Origin: an uncultured bacterium
GTDB lineage: Bacteria; Patescibacteriota; Microgenomatia; Levybacterales; UBA12049
Length of the DNA: 64,000 nucleotides
Direction: 5' to 3'
Assembly: GCA_963826535.1 (NCBI GenBank)
Contig: CAWGXL010000002.1
Location: 96,654 to 160,653, forward strand
Shown one piece after another: positions 1 through 8,963 of the stretch. Both the position numbers and the translations under genes were made by a program. How positions within the stretch are numbered: position 1 is the first letter of the stretch; each line of letters opens with the position of its first letter. The notes beneath the pieces were generated by a model. The model was not told where the DNA came from. It saw only the letters and a list, made by a program, of their open reading frames with translations, and did not search any database.

Positions 1-1203
1 CGCGGCGTCATTGGTATGCAAGGTAGATAGTACTAAATGGCCGGTTAAAGCAGCGTTTACGGCAATACCGGCAGTCTCCGAATCACGAATTTCTCCAACA
101 AAAATTATATTTGGGTCCTGACGGAGAATAGATCGGAGCCCGCTGGCAAAAGTGAGATTGGCTTTGGGATTAGCTTGGATTTGATTTACGCCTTTCATGC
201 GATATTCAACCGGATCTTCAATTGTGGTGATATTTTTCTCACGGCTATTGATAATTTTTAGAATTGAATAGATTGAGGTCGTTTTCCCTGACCCCGTGGG
301 GCCTGTGGAGAGAACCATACCGAATGATTTTTTGAAACCATTGGTTACTTTTTTAAGATCTACTTCATTCATTCCCAAATCAACCAGTGAGAATTGTCTA
401 AAACGGGAAGCGAGTAACCGCATCACTATTTTTTCACCATACACAATTGGTAGAATTGATACGCGGATATCAAGCTCCTCTTCAGTGAGCTCGATTCTCA
501 TTTTCCCGTCTTGAGGCGCCATGTGCTCATCAGTACGCAAACTGGCTAAGACTTTAATTCTGGTCACAATCTGTTCATGTAATTTTTTTGGCAAAACTAA
601 CACATCATGAAGAATTCCATCTATTCTAAATCTCACAACCGTATGATCTTCCTGCGGCTCAATGTGAATATCCGAAGTTCTATCTTGATAACTATAATTA
701 ATAATAAGTTCAACTATTTTGGCAACAGGAGCTGATTTGTCTTTTAATAATGCATCGAAAGTTTTTTGCAGTTCGCGCCGATACATCCAAAGTTTATTAT
801 CAATATCTCTTTCAGTAGCATAATAGGCAAAGGCGCGTTGGTTTGTCTTGCGTGTGATCATTTCCAGTACCAAGCTGTCATAAGGATTAACCATTGCCAC
901 CCTTACGCCCTCTTTGTCTCTCAAAAAGGGGATTGCTAGACGGGAGCGGGCAATTCTCTCAGGAATAATCCGAAAGACATCTTCGGCAACTGTAATTTTA
1001 CTCAGAACAATAAATGGGATTTTAAGAGAATCGGCAACAAGCATGCCAAGGTTCTCATCAGTAACTATGTCCTTTTCAATTAACGCATCGCCAAAGCCAA
1101 TATTGGAATTTTTGGCAAACTCAGTTGTTTCATCCAATATTTTTTGGTCTATTAATTTTACACCAAGGAGCAATGATTTTATCTTGTCATCAGATATCAG
1201 CAT
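1..1203 (-). CDS. pilB: Type IV pilus assembly / type II secretion ATPase, PilB/GspE family. Partial: the N-terminal ~400 aa are in the window and the C-terminus runs past the window start.
   Basis: Hand translation of the minus strand gives MLISDDKIKSLLLGVKLIDQ... and then ...VLSTGPTGSGKTTSIYSILK...IEDPVEYRMKGVNQIQANPKANLTFASGLRSILRQDPNIIFVGEIRDSETAGIAVNAALTGHLVLSTLHTNDAA. This contains the Walker A box, Asp box and His box typical of GspE/PilB. It is absent from the ORF track because it has no stop inside the window. Confidence 0.85.
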   Translation of the reverse strand, partial: MLISDDKIKSLLLGVKLIDQKILDETTEFAKNSNIGFGDALIEKDIVTDENLGMLVADSLKIPFIVLSKITVAEDVFRIIPERIARSRLAIPFLRDKEGVRVAMVNPYDSLVLEMITRKTNQRAFAYYATERDIDNKLWMYRRELQKTFDALLKDKSAPVAKIVELIINYSYQDRTSDIHIEPQEDHTVVRFRIDGILHDVLVLPKKLHEQIVTRIKVLASLRTDEHMAPQDGKMRIELTEEELDIRVSILPIVYGEKIVMRLLASRFRQFSLVDLGMNEVDLKKVTNGFKKSFGMVLSTGPTGSGKTTSIYSILKIINSREKNITTIEDPVEYRMKGVNQIQANPKANLTFASGLRSILRQDPNIIFVGEIRDSETAGIAVNAALTGHLVLSTLHTNDAA

Positions 1204-1234
1204 GTGCAGAGAGGTTTTCCCGATTTGATCGGGA

Positions 1235-1600
1235 TCACTTCTTACTTAATTGTAGAATCATTTTGAGTAGATTGTCAAAGTCGAAAAAACTTTTGTTCAC
1301 ATATCCCTTAGCACCTAATTGCTTCGCGCGGTCAACATCTTTTTGCTGGCCAAGCGTTGAGAATACTAATACTGGTATTTGACTCATGGCAGGATCCCGG
1401 CTTAGATCTTGAAGTAATTCAAACCCGTCCTTTTTCGGCATAATAAGGTCAAGTAGTATGAGTTCAGGCTTAAATTCGGGAATTATTTTTAACGCTTCTT
1501 CACCGTCACCGGCTTGTCCCACTTCTATATTTTTTCCTTTTAACTTGAACGCGTAAAACTCACGGAAAAATTTGTCATCTTCAACTAATAATACACGCAT
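1235..1600 (-). CDS. Stand-alone response-regulator receiver domain (CheY-like)
   Basis: 121 aa. MRVLLVEDD...LILLDLIMPKKDGFELL...VLVFSTLGQQKD...KGYVNKSF. The phospho-acceptor Asp and conserved Lys are in the expected receiver-domain positions. Confidence 0.8.
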   Translation of the reverse strand: MRVLLVEDDKFFREFYAFKLKGKNIEVGQAGDGEEALKIIPEFKPELILLDLIMPKKDGFELLQDLSRDPAMSQIPVLVFSTLGQQKDVDRAKQLGAKGYVNKSFFDFDNLLKMILQLSKK

Positions 1601-1637
1601 AAAACAGCTTTCTGCTTTCAGCTTTTTGCTTTCAGAC

Positions 1638-1662
1638 AGCTGACAGCTAAGAGCTGACAGCT
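1638..1662 (-). promoter_or_regulatory. Two tandem copies of a near-palindrome AGCTGACAGCT(AA) between the Hpt gene stop and the CheY-like gene. Candidate operator.
   Basis: Read directly: ...cagctgacagctaa gagctgacagctaa. Each unit is an inverted repeat AGCTG-a-CAGCT. Nearby GCTTTCAG also occurs twice. Confidence 0.3.
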
Positions 1663-1664
1663 AA

Positions 1665-2054
1665 TTATCCTTTCGCTTGTTCTAATTCATTAATTCTATC
1701 GGTTAAGTCTAGTTCTTTTCCCTGTGTTTCTATTTCATTCATTGAATCCTGGAGCCTGGTAATATCGGATTGGATTTTGATCAGCACATCATGATTTACA
1801 TGTACATTTTCTTTTTCGTCCTTATTAAATAAATATTCAATTATCTCAGAAATCTTCGCGATATTATTATATCCCATGATTTGACTTTGGCTTTTTAACG
1901 AATGCGCGTCAATGTGGACTTGTTTTACAGCAATTTGGATCTGTTCTCCTTTCAGCAGGTAAGAGATGGATGCTTGCATATTTTCCAAATAATTTCTAGC
2001 TGTTTGTAAATATAATTTTTTATATTTTACAACATCTTCTTGTGATAATGCCAT
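1665..2054 (-). CDS. Histidine phosphotransfer (Hpt) domain protein
   Basis: 129 aa. The HIDAHSLKSQSQIMGYNNIA motif (H-x2-K-G/S-x-S) is in a helical context typical of Hpt domains. Confidence 0.6.
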   Translation of the reverse strand: MALSQEDVVKYKKLYLQTARNYLENMQASISYLLKGEQIQIAVKQVHIDAHSLKSQSQIMGYNNIAKISEIIEYLFNKDEKENVHVNHDVLIKIQSDITRLQDSMNEIETQGKELDLTDRINELEQAKG

Positions 2055-2188
2055 ACTTTTTAACCTCTTTAATAAACTATACTTTGATTTTCTTTTGTTG
2101 TCAATGAATTTATTGTAGGCGCGTGTTATATAATTTTAGACCGCTAATTAGAATAGGGAATGTGGTAGACTATAAATAATTATAGTGT

Positions 2189-2815
2189 ATGGCTTATTTA
2201 ATCCTTGTTCGGCATGGAGAATCGGAATGGAACGCTAAGTCTTTATGGACAGGATTAACTGATGTTGACCTAACAGAAAAAGGGCGGGAACAAGCCCGTA
2301 GCGCTGCCGGAATTCTTAAAGATATAAAAATAGATATTTGTTTTACTTCCGCATTAAAACGGGCAAAAGAAACTTGGGAGGAAATTCGTAAAATTATTAA
2401 TGCAACACATATTCCAACAATTGCAGACAGCGCATTAAACGAACGGGATTATGGCGATTTAACCGGAAAAAATAAATGGAATATTAAAGAGGAGTACGGC
2501 GAAGAGCAATTTCAAAAATGGCGCAGAGGTTGGAACTCTCCTCCTCCGAACGGGGAATCGCTGCGGAATGTATACGAACGCGTCACCCCTTATTACACCT
2601 CACGGATATTGCCCCAGCTTGAACAAGGGAAGAATGTCATTATAGTCGCCCACGGAAATAGTCTGCGCGCACTGGTCAAATATTTGGAAAAAATTCCTGA
2701 TAATGAAATATCCAAGCTTGAACTTAAATTAGGCGAGCCATATGTTTATGAGATAAATAAAACAGGAAAGATTGTTTCAAAAGACATCCGCTCTATTGGA
2801 TCTGACGCGGCTTAA
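2189..2815 (+). CDS. gpmA: 2,3-bisphosphoglycerate-dependent phosphoglycerate mutase (histidine phosphatase superfamily)
   Basis: LVRHGESEWNAKSLWTGLTDVDLTEKG matches the dPGM signature RHGESxWN. Length is 208 aa. Confidence 0.8.
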   Translation: MAYLILVRHGESEWNAKSLWTGLTDVDLTEKGREQARSAAGILKDIKIDICFTSALKRAKETWEEIRKIINATHIPTIADSALNERDYGDLTGKNKWNIKEEYGEEQFQKWRRGWNSPPPNGESLRNVYERVTPYYTSRILPQLEQGKNVIIVAHGNSLRALVKYLEKIPDNEISKLELKLGEPYVYEINKTGKIVSKDIRSIGSDAA

Positions 2816-2822
2816 TAATAAC

Positions 2823-3425
2823 ATGTCAATTATAATTTCCGCTGATGAGATAAAGAAACTTCTTCCTAATTACTCTCCGGATAAAGCTGAAGCATTTCAT
2901 CGTGAATCAGCAAAACAAGCAGATAAGCTGTTTATAAAAGCAATAAAAGAGAGTAGTTATAAGGAAGTAATTTTGCTTAGCGGAGGGGCGGCATCGGGGA
3001 AAACGGAATTTTTAGCTACTCAGTTATTTAATAAAGATTGCATAATTATGGATACGACTTTATCTACGGAATTGGGTGCAAAGAACAAAATCAGGCAAAT
3101 TATTAAATCAGGGAAAATTCCTATTATTTATTCAGTAATTCCTGACGATTTAAAAAGAGCCTTTATTGCTTTTCTTAATAGAGATAGAAAGTTTAGCGAT
3201 AAGCATTTTTATAAAACTCATTCAGGTTCGAGAAAAACATTATTATGGATAGCAGCTAACTATCGGAAAATAGAAATTAATATTATTGAAAGTTCTTATA
3301 CTCCTAATGAGAAGTTACAATTTTCGAAAATAAAATTTGAGAATAGAAAGAAATTATTAACTTATTTAGCCAACAAACAATTGACGGAAGATGATATAAT
3401 TAGTAGCATAAGCTTTATAAGGTAG
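2823..3425 (+). CDS. P-loop NTPase, zeta-toxin/AAA_33-like kinase fold (hypothetical)
   Basis: Walker A LLSGGAASGKTEF. The start was moved to the internal Met (MSIIISADEIKK) to avoid overlap with gpmA. Confidence 0.5.
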   Translation: MSIIISADEIKKLLPNYSPDKAEAFHRESAKQADKLFIKAIKESSYKEVILLSGGAASGKTEFLATQLFNKDCIIMDTTLSTELGAKNKIRQIIKSGKIPIIYSVIPDDLKRAFIAFLNRDRKFSDKHFYKTHSGSRKTLLWIAANYRKIEINIIESSYTPNEKLQFSKIKFENRKKLLTYLANKQLTEDDIISSISFIR

Positions 3426-3434
3426 TACTTAATT

Positions 3435-3698
3435 ATGCAAAAAATACTCTATAAAACAGATCAGAATAATCCGGCTATCCGCGCATATAGAGATGCTGTT
3501 GAGAAAGGTAAGAAAAATCAGCATGTGCTTGCTTATGGAGAAAAATGGGCTGTAGGAAATTTATCTTCTGGGAAAATAGATAATTTATTTAATAGTAAAA
3601 AAGAGGCTATAGAATTTGCTAAGTCAAATGCTGCTCATGGAACAGCGGTTTTTATTCATGCCGCCGATGGCCGCATAAAAGAGAGAAAAGATTATTAA
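3435..3698 (+). CDS. DUF2188-like small protein
   Basis: 87 aa. WAVGNLSSGKIDNLFNSKKEAIEFAKSNAAHGTAVFIHAADGRIKERKDY resembles the DUF2188 consensus (GW.v..eg..r....f.tk.eA...A...A...g.el.iH..dG.Iqer). Confidence 0.5.
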   Translation: MQKILYKTDQNNPAIRAYRDAVEKGKKNQHVLAYGEKWAVGNLSSGKIDNLFNSKKEAIEFAKSNAAHGTAVFIHAADGRIKERKDY

Positions 3699-3733
3699 AC
3701 TACAGTAATATTTTAAGCTGCTCAGAAAGAGAG

Positions 3734-4273
3734 GTGATTGAGATGAGATTGAAAGAAGCTTTTGAAAGATATGTTCCAGAGGCGGCTAAAAAATTTATTC
3801 CTCTCGAAGCAGAATCTTTAGGGCATTTCGCAGACCTAGTTAAAAGCGAAAATTGCACCAGAGTTCGTACTATACCAGTCATAAAAATAAAGTATTATAG
3901 TCCTAGTTCAAGAAGAGCTATTCCCCTTGCAGAATACGAATTCTCAACAAGATATGCTTCAAAAACACGGGAACATAGACAAATTGTATTTAATGAGCCA
4001 CACACGCAGGGTAATTGTTATTTATATAATGGTGAGGATAAAGATAAATTTAGAAGGGCAGCGGAATTAAGGGGCCTTGTGACTGCTGAGGCTCGATTAG
4101 GAGAACTACATCATAGCCTAATTGTTGAACGAAATTATGGTGTGCGGACAGAAGGACCAACAAAACATTGGCATTTCAATGATAGAATCCAATTTCAAGT
4201 TGAAGTAGCAAGGCATGATATAAAGCCATACCCTAAATTAGTCCCTAAAAGCGATCTTAATCGCGCAGGTTAA
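3734..4273 (+). CDS. Hypothetical protein
   Basis: 179-aa ORF with no recognisable motif. Its 3' end overlaps the convergent rsmI by 17 nt. Confidence 0.45.
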   Translation: MIEMRLKEAFERYVPEAAKKFIPLEAESLGHFADLVKSENCTRVRTIPVIKIKYYSPSSRRAIPLAEYEFSTRYASKTREHRQIVFNEPHTQGNCYLYNGEDKDKFRRAAELRGLVTAEARLGELHHSLIVERNYGVRTEGPTKHWHFNDRIQFQVEVARHDIKPYPKLVPKSDLNRAG

Positions 4274-4982
4274 ACAGCAGAACAAACTCCCCTTTGGGAG
4301 CTATCTTTTGAAAATGCCTGAGCGCTTCTGAAATTTTTTCCCTGCGTATTTCTTCATGGACTTTAGTTAATTCCCGGCATAGAACTATTTGAATATCTCC
4401 TGTTTCCTTTTTTAATTCATCAAGCGTCGTAATTAATTTATGCGGAGCTACAAAGAGGATAACCGTTGATCTTATAAAGTCTTGTGATTTTTTAATGTTT
4501 TCAAAAAATTTCTGGCGGTGGCCTGATTTATGCGGAGGATAACCAAGAAATAGAAATTTATCCGTAGGTAATCCGGATAAAGCCAAGGCTGTTATTATTG
4601 CTGATGGGCCAGGAATTGCTTCGATTTTTATTCCCATGCGAATACATTCACGTATGAGTTTGAAACCTGGGTCAGAAATAGCAGGCGTACCCGCATCCGT
4701 CGCAAGCGCAATTTTTTGACCTTTTTGCAAAAGTGATAAAATTTCCGGGATCCGGCGTAATTCAATTTGCTCATAATAGGAGAGTAAGTGGGGTTTATGA
4801 CTTTTTGCACTGCCATTGCGAATCAAATCATGGTATGGCACACTCATCGTATCCAATAAAATACCTGTTCTTCGCGTATCTTCGCAAGCAATAACATCCA
4901 CTTCAAATAAAACTTTAATAGCTCGCAACGTAATGTCCTGCAAATTGCCAATCGGCGTTGATACAATATAAAGCGTCCCCAT
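4257..4982 (-). CDS. rsmI: 16S rRNA (cytidine1402-2'-O)-methyltransferase
   Basis: YIVSTPIGNLQDITLRAIKVL...DVIACEDTRRTGILL...GTPAISDPG are hallmark RsmI (tetrapyrrole-methylase fold) motifs. Length is 241 aa. Confidence 0.85.
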   Translation of the reverse strand: MGTLYIVSTPIGNLQDITLRAIKVLFEVDVIACEDTRRTGILLDTMSVPYHDLIRNGSAKSHKPHLLSYYEQIELRRIPEILSLLQKGQKIALATDAGTPAISDPGFKLIRECIRMGIKIEAIPGPSAIITALALSGLPTDKFLFLGYPPHKSGHRQKFFENIKKSQDFIRSTVILFVAPHKLITTLDELKKETGDIQIVLCRELTKVHEEIRREKISEALRHFQKIAPKGEFVLLFNLRD

Positions 4983-5003
4983 TCGGTGTATTATACATGA
5001 TTT

Positions 5004-5630
5004 TCAAAACTTTCTGACCAGGGCGACGACTTTCCCCTGGATGCGGATGCTTTTGGGGTAGATGGGTTCCATTTGTGAGTTGGCAGGTCTTAGGACGACA
5101 ACACCATCCTGAAGATAAAATTTCTTTAGAGTCGCCAGGTTATCATCCACCAGCGCGACAACTATTTCACCGTTTTTGGCTTGCTGCGCGCGTTCAATAA
5201 TAACGTAATCTCCATCCAGAATGCCGTCATCGATCATTGATTCTCCCTTTACTTGTAAAGCATAAGCTGTTTTTGTGCCGGTTATCATAGCGGCGGATAT
5301 TTGAAATGAAGCATTGGGGTCAACATGCGGCTCCAGGGGTTTGCCGGCCGCAATATAGCCCATAAGCGGCAGTTCAATCGAGGGCTCAACTCCCAAAAAA
5401 GTATGTAAGATATTTTCGTCCTTTATCTTTAAAACGCGCGCGTTTCCCTCTACCTTTTGCACATATCCCTTATCAACAAGACTTCGGATAATGACGTGAA
5501 TTGTCGAGACACTTCGGTGGCCTGTAGCTCTTGCTATTTCAACCAATGTTGGAGAATATGCATGTTTGTTTTGAAACTGCGCGAGGAATTCTAATACTTG
5601 TCTTTCTTTTTTATATAAAACTCCAGGCAT
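5004..5630 (-). CDS. lexA: LexA repressor (S24 peptidase, SOS regulator)
   Basis: N-terminal winged HTH. Ala-Gly cleavage site (IAAGKP). Ser-Lys dyad (GESM...K). Length is 208 aa. Confidence 0.85.
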   Translation of the reverse strand: MPGVLYKKERQVLEFLAQFQNKHAYSPTLVEIARATGHRSVSTIHVIIRSLVDKGYVQKVEGNARVLKIKDENILHTFLGVEPSIELPLMGYIAAGKPLEPHVDPNASFQISAAMITGTKTAYALQVKGESMIDDGILDGDYVIIERAQQAKNGEIVVALVDDNLATLKKFYLQDGVVVLRPANSQMEPIYPKSIRIQGKVVALVRKF

Positions 5631-5640
5631 TATAAAAAAA

Positions 5641-5667
5641 TATACGATATTCGTATAATTTTGTCAA
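5641..5667 (-). promoter_or_regulatory. lexA promoter with an overlapping perfect palindrome, candidate LexA operator
   Basis: The minus strand reads TTGACA-aaattatacgaatatcg-TATATT-tttttata-ATG. This is a -35 box, 17-nt spacer and -10 box, with the ATG about 8 nt after the -10 box (leaderless). TATACGA-N3-TCGTATA spans the spacer and the -10 box. Confidence 0.5.
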
Positions 5668-5791
5668 GTAGACTTAAGTGTACAAACAATATCATCTTTA
5701 GAAGTAGGTTGCTTTGTTTACTATAGTGTGATATTGTGCAAATAGTAAAAGCCCAGAACCTGCCTAACAATCGTGCCAGTCATTAAAAAAC

Positions 5792-7285
5792 ATGACTAAA
5801 CATAGGAAAGGCACAGATACATTTAAAAGGTTAATTACTCAAATCAGTAAGCCTTTATTAAGGTCAGAAATACTTTTCCCTGAATTATCCCGAGCCTCGC
5901 CTGCTCCAATTCTCATAGCTGATACCCGGACAAGAATATATTATGTTAACCCTGCATGGGAAAAGCTTTCCGGCTACAGTTTTAAAGAAGTTAAAGGTAA
6001 AAACCCTAAGTTCCTGCAAAGTGGTAAGACACCAAAACGGGTATTTAAAAAACTCTGGCAAGCACTTACGAAAGGGGAGTCTTTTACAACCGAAGAAATA
6101 ATAGACAGGCGGAAAGATGGCACAGAATATCAGTCCTACTCGATTTATTTTCCAATAAAAAGAAATGACAAAATAATGTATTATGTTCAGTTGCAGCATG
6201 ATATCACTGAACGTATGCGCCTCCTAAAGATAATTCATGAGAAGGAAGAAATGCTTCGCCTTATTATCGATAATGCGGTGGGCTACGCAATGTTCATGCT
6301 TGATAAACGAGGCAATATAGAGAGCTGGAATACAGGGGCAGAGCGATTGATTGGATATACGGGAAGGGAGGTTATAGGTAAGTATTTTTCTATGTTTTAC
6401 GCAAGAGATGATGTTACAAAGAGAAAACCCTGGAAACTACTGGCAAAAGTAGTTAAGAAGGGGCTCTTTGAGGAAGAGTTTTTGCAAGTCAAAAAAAACG
6501 GCACAAACTTTTGGGCGCATATAACCCTCTCTGCCGTAATGAGCAAAAGAGGAGCGTTAAAAGGATTTGTCCAAATTACCCGCAATATCTCAGCAGAAAG
6601 AGAGCTTGATCGGCAAAAAGACGCATTTATCGGTATTGCCTCTCATGAGTTAAAAACACCCATTACTACACTGAGCGCATATACTCAAATTCTGGAAAAA
6701 CGATTAAAAGATGATAAGAAAAATTCGTACTTCCTTTCAAATATTAAGGCGCAAACAGATAGGCTCGTGAGTCTTATCGATGATCTGTTAAATGTGAGTA
6801 GAATTGATTCAGGAAAACTAGATTTAAATTTAAAAAAATTTGACCTTAACACTCTAATCAAAAAAGTAGTTGTAGATTTCCAATACACAACGGATACTCA
6901 TATAATTACAGAAGAGGGAATCTTGGAAAATAAAGTAATTGGAGATGAGGTTCTTCTTGAACAAGTAATTATTAATTTACTTACAAATGCAATAAAATAC
7001 TCACCAATTGCAAACAAGGTTACCATCCACCTTTCAGCCAACCATAACCAGGCAATAGTCGCCGTGCAGGATTTTGGCATAGGAATTTCAAAAAAAGATA
7101 TTTCAAAAGTATTTGAGAGGTTTTATAGAATAAGAGATAAAGAAAAAGGGAGAGTCTTAGGGTTTGGGCTTGGACTGTATATTTCCTCAGAAATCATTAA
7201 AAAGCACCGAGGTAAAATTTGGGTTGAAAGCGAGAAAGGGAAAGGTAGCATCTTCTACTTCTCATTACCATTAGGGAAAAAATAA
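5792..7285 (+). CDS. Cytoplasmic sensor histidine kinase with two PAS domains
   Basis: PAS-like repeats, then the HisKA H-box ASHELKTPITTL and HATPase_c motifs NLLTNAIKYS, DFGIGIS, GFGLGLYIS. No TM segment. Confidence 0.85.
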   Translation: MTKHRKGTDTFKRLITQISKPLLRSEILFPELSRASPAPILIADTRTRIYYVNPAWEKLSGYSFKEVKGKNPKFLQSGKTPKRVFKKLWQALTKGESFTTEEIIDRRKDGTEYQSYSIYFPIKRNDKIMYYVQLQHDITERMRLLKIIHEKEEMLRLIIDNAVGYAMFMLDKRGNIESWNTGAERLIGYTGREVIGKYFSMFYARDDVTKRKPWKLLAKVVKKGLFEEEFLQVKKNGTNFWAHITLSAVMSKRGALKGFVQITRNISAERELDRQKDAFIGIASHELKTPITTLSAYTQILEKRLKDDKKNSYFLSNIKAQTDRLVSLIDDLLNVSRIDSGKLDLNLKKFDLNTLIKKVVVDFQYTTDTHIITEEGILENKVIGDEVLLEQVIINLLTNAIKYSPIANKVTIHLSANHNQAIVAVQDFGIGISKKDISKVFERFYRIRDKEKGRVLGFGLGLYISSEIIKKHRGKIWVESEKGKGSIFYFSLPLGKK

Positions 7286-7307
7286 ACTTGACAAACGGCG
7301 TACAGTA

Positions 7308-7598
7308 GTGTACATTCATATTATGAACAATGCTTCACTTACTGCGACTGAATTTCGTAATCGTTTGTTTGAAATCTTGAATTACACAATTAAAGGCAGC
7401 GAATTTGTTATCGAAAAAGATGGCAGACCTGCTGCCAGACTGGTTCCCTATGTGCCTAAGTCTTCATCTATGAAAGTTAAAAACATATTGAAGAATTTTA
7501 AAATTGTCTTTTCCAAAGTTGGTCAGAAAAAAGGCTGGTCGGTTTTGGAGAGTCCAGGATGGAAAGAAAAAGAAAAAAAATACCTTAAAAGTTTCTGA
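7308..7598 (+). CDS. Phd/YefM-family antitoxin
   Basis: ...LTATEFRNRLFEILNYTIKGSEFVIEKDGRPAARLVPY. The stop overlaps the start of the downstream PIN gene (ATGA). The true start may be the internal Met at about 7323. Confidence 0.6.
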   Translation: MYIHIMNNASLTATEFRNRLFEILNYTIKGSEFVIEKDGRPAARLVPYVPKSSSMKVKNILKNFKIVFSKVGQKKGWSVLESPGWKEKEKKYLKSF

Positions 7599-8011
7599 TG
7601 AAAAGAATAGTAATCGATACGAATATCCTAATTGACTATTCGAAAGGATTTGCTACTTGGCCCGAAGATTTACTTATCGCAAAAAAAAGAACCACAGATC
7701 TTATTATTCCAACCATTGTTATATCAGAATATTTCGCCTCAAGTTTTCTGGAAGAACCCAAGTTGAGGAAAGCAGCCGATGACTTATTTAGCCTCTTTCA
7801 TAAGGTTGATTTTAATGAAGAAATTGCCAAAATTCTCGCAAAAATCTTGCGCAGAAAAACATTTCCCAAAAGCGCAAGCCTTGCAGATCTTATAATTGCC
7901 TCTACAGCGATTTATTTGGACGCAGAGCTTGCTACTAGAAATAAATCCGATTTTACAAAAATCCCGTCCCTCCGCATTTTTGAAGTAAAAGAGAAGAAGA
8001 GTAGAAAATGA
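7598..8011 (+). CDS. vapC: PIN-domain toxin (VapC-like)
   Basis: IVIDTNILID...ADLIIASTAIYLDAELATRNKSDF. Acidic residues sit in PIN positions. Confidence 0.7.
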   Translation: MKRIVIDTNILIDYSKGFATWPEDLLIAKKRTTDLIIPTIVISEYFASSFLEEPKLRKAADDLFSLFHKVDFNEEIAKILAKILRRKTFPKSASLADLIIASTAIYLDAELATRNKSDFTKIPSLRIFEVKEKKSRK

Positions 8012-8192
8012 AACCACACAAATCATCTCAAAGGTGAATCAGAAAGGACTCTAAGCCGGGCTTGATGCGGTCAACCCCCGTCCCAAGTGAGGAACACCAT
8101 AAAAGTAGTCCAAAGAGGTTATCAGATTTCAGCTATATCAACTACAAGCCTACATTCTTTTATTCCGGAATGTTAGAATATAAACAGCAATT

Positions 8193-8942
8193 ATGATAAC
8201 GACCAAAAATTTGCATTGGAAGGTTAATAAGGAATTAGCGAAGAAGTACTCAATTCCTCTGGATAGACAATTATACTGTGACACACCTCTTTTAAATGCT
8301 CTGGGTAATGTTAAAGGCAGAACTATTATAGATATTGGCTGTGGTAACGGTGGTCTTACTCGAGCTATAGCTGATAAGGGAGCTCTTGTTACAGGTGTGG
8401 ATACCTCGGAAAAAATGCTAAAGCAGGCAAAACAGTTAAATCAAGACCTGAGTAATCTGCATTTTCAAGTTGGCGCAGCTGAGCAACTGCCATTTAATGA
8501 CAGTGAATTTGATAATGCTGTTTGCAGTATGACTGTTAATACATTTTCCAACAGAGATATGGTTGAGGGAATGTTCAAAGAAGCATCTCGAGTCACTAAA
8601 TCAAATGCAAAGGTAATAATTTCACTTCCGCATCCGTTTACTCTCGATCAAAGAACAAAGTTTCGTTGGACAGAATGGGCATTAGGCCAAACCCAACAAA
8701 ATCTTAAACCAGGTGACGCTGTTAAACGTAAGATTATGGGAAGAAATGGTGAAATGATTTCTGTTGTAAATTATTACTGGCCACCTGATTTTTTAAGTGT
8801 TATTGCAAATAAAAACAATCTTCCCCTGAAAGAAACCCTTGAATCATTAGCTAGTGAGGAGGAATTACACAAATACCCGGAACTAGATCCAGCATTAAAA
8901 GAAACTCCATTCTTCTTAGTTATGTCTTTTAGCAAAAAGTAA
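8193..8942 (+). CDS. Class I SAM-dependent methyltransferase
   Basis: Motif I IIDIGCGNGGLT and motif II VTGVDTSEKML (Methyltransf_11-like). Confidence 0.75.
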   Translation: MITTKNLHWKVNKELAKKYSIPLDRQLYCDTPLLNALGNVKGRTIIDIGCGNGGLTRAIADKGALVTGVDTSEKMLKQAKQLNQDLSNLHFQVGAAEQLPFNDSEFDNAVCSMTVNTFSNRDMVEGMFKEASRVTKSNAKVIISLPHPFTLDQRTKFRWTEWALGQTQQNLKPGDAVKRKIMGRNGEMISVVNYYWPPDFLSVIANKNNLPLKETLESLASEEELHKYPELDPALKETPFFLVMSFSKK

Positions 8943-8963
8943 TATATTTACTGCTGAGCTGAG

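Noticed and set aside
296-1382. Three small plus-strand ORFs (72, 104 and 85 aa)
   Set aside because: They are embedded antisense within the unambiguous PilB/GspE coding region on the minus strand.
8040-8110. GC-rich patch (ccgggcttgatgcggtcaacccccgtcccaagtgagg) considered as a tRNA/tmRNA fragment
   Set aside because: No cloverleaf or T-arm/acceptor pairing could be built, and there is no GTTCRANYC T-loop.
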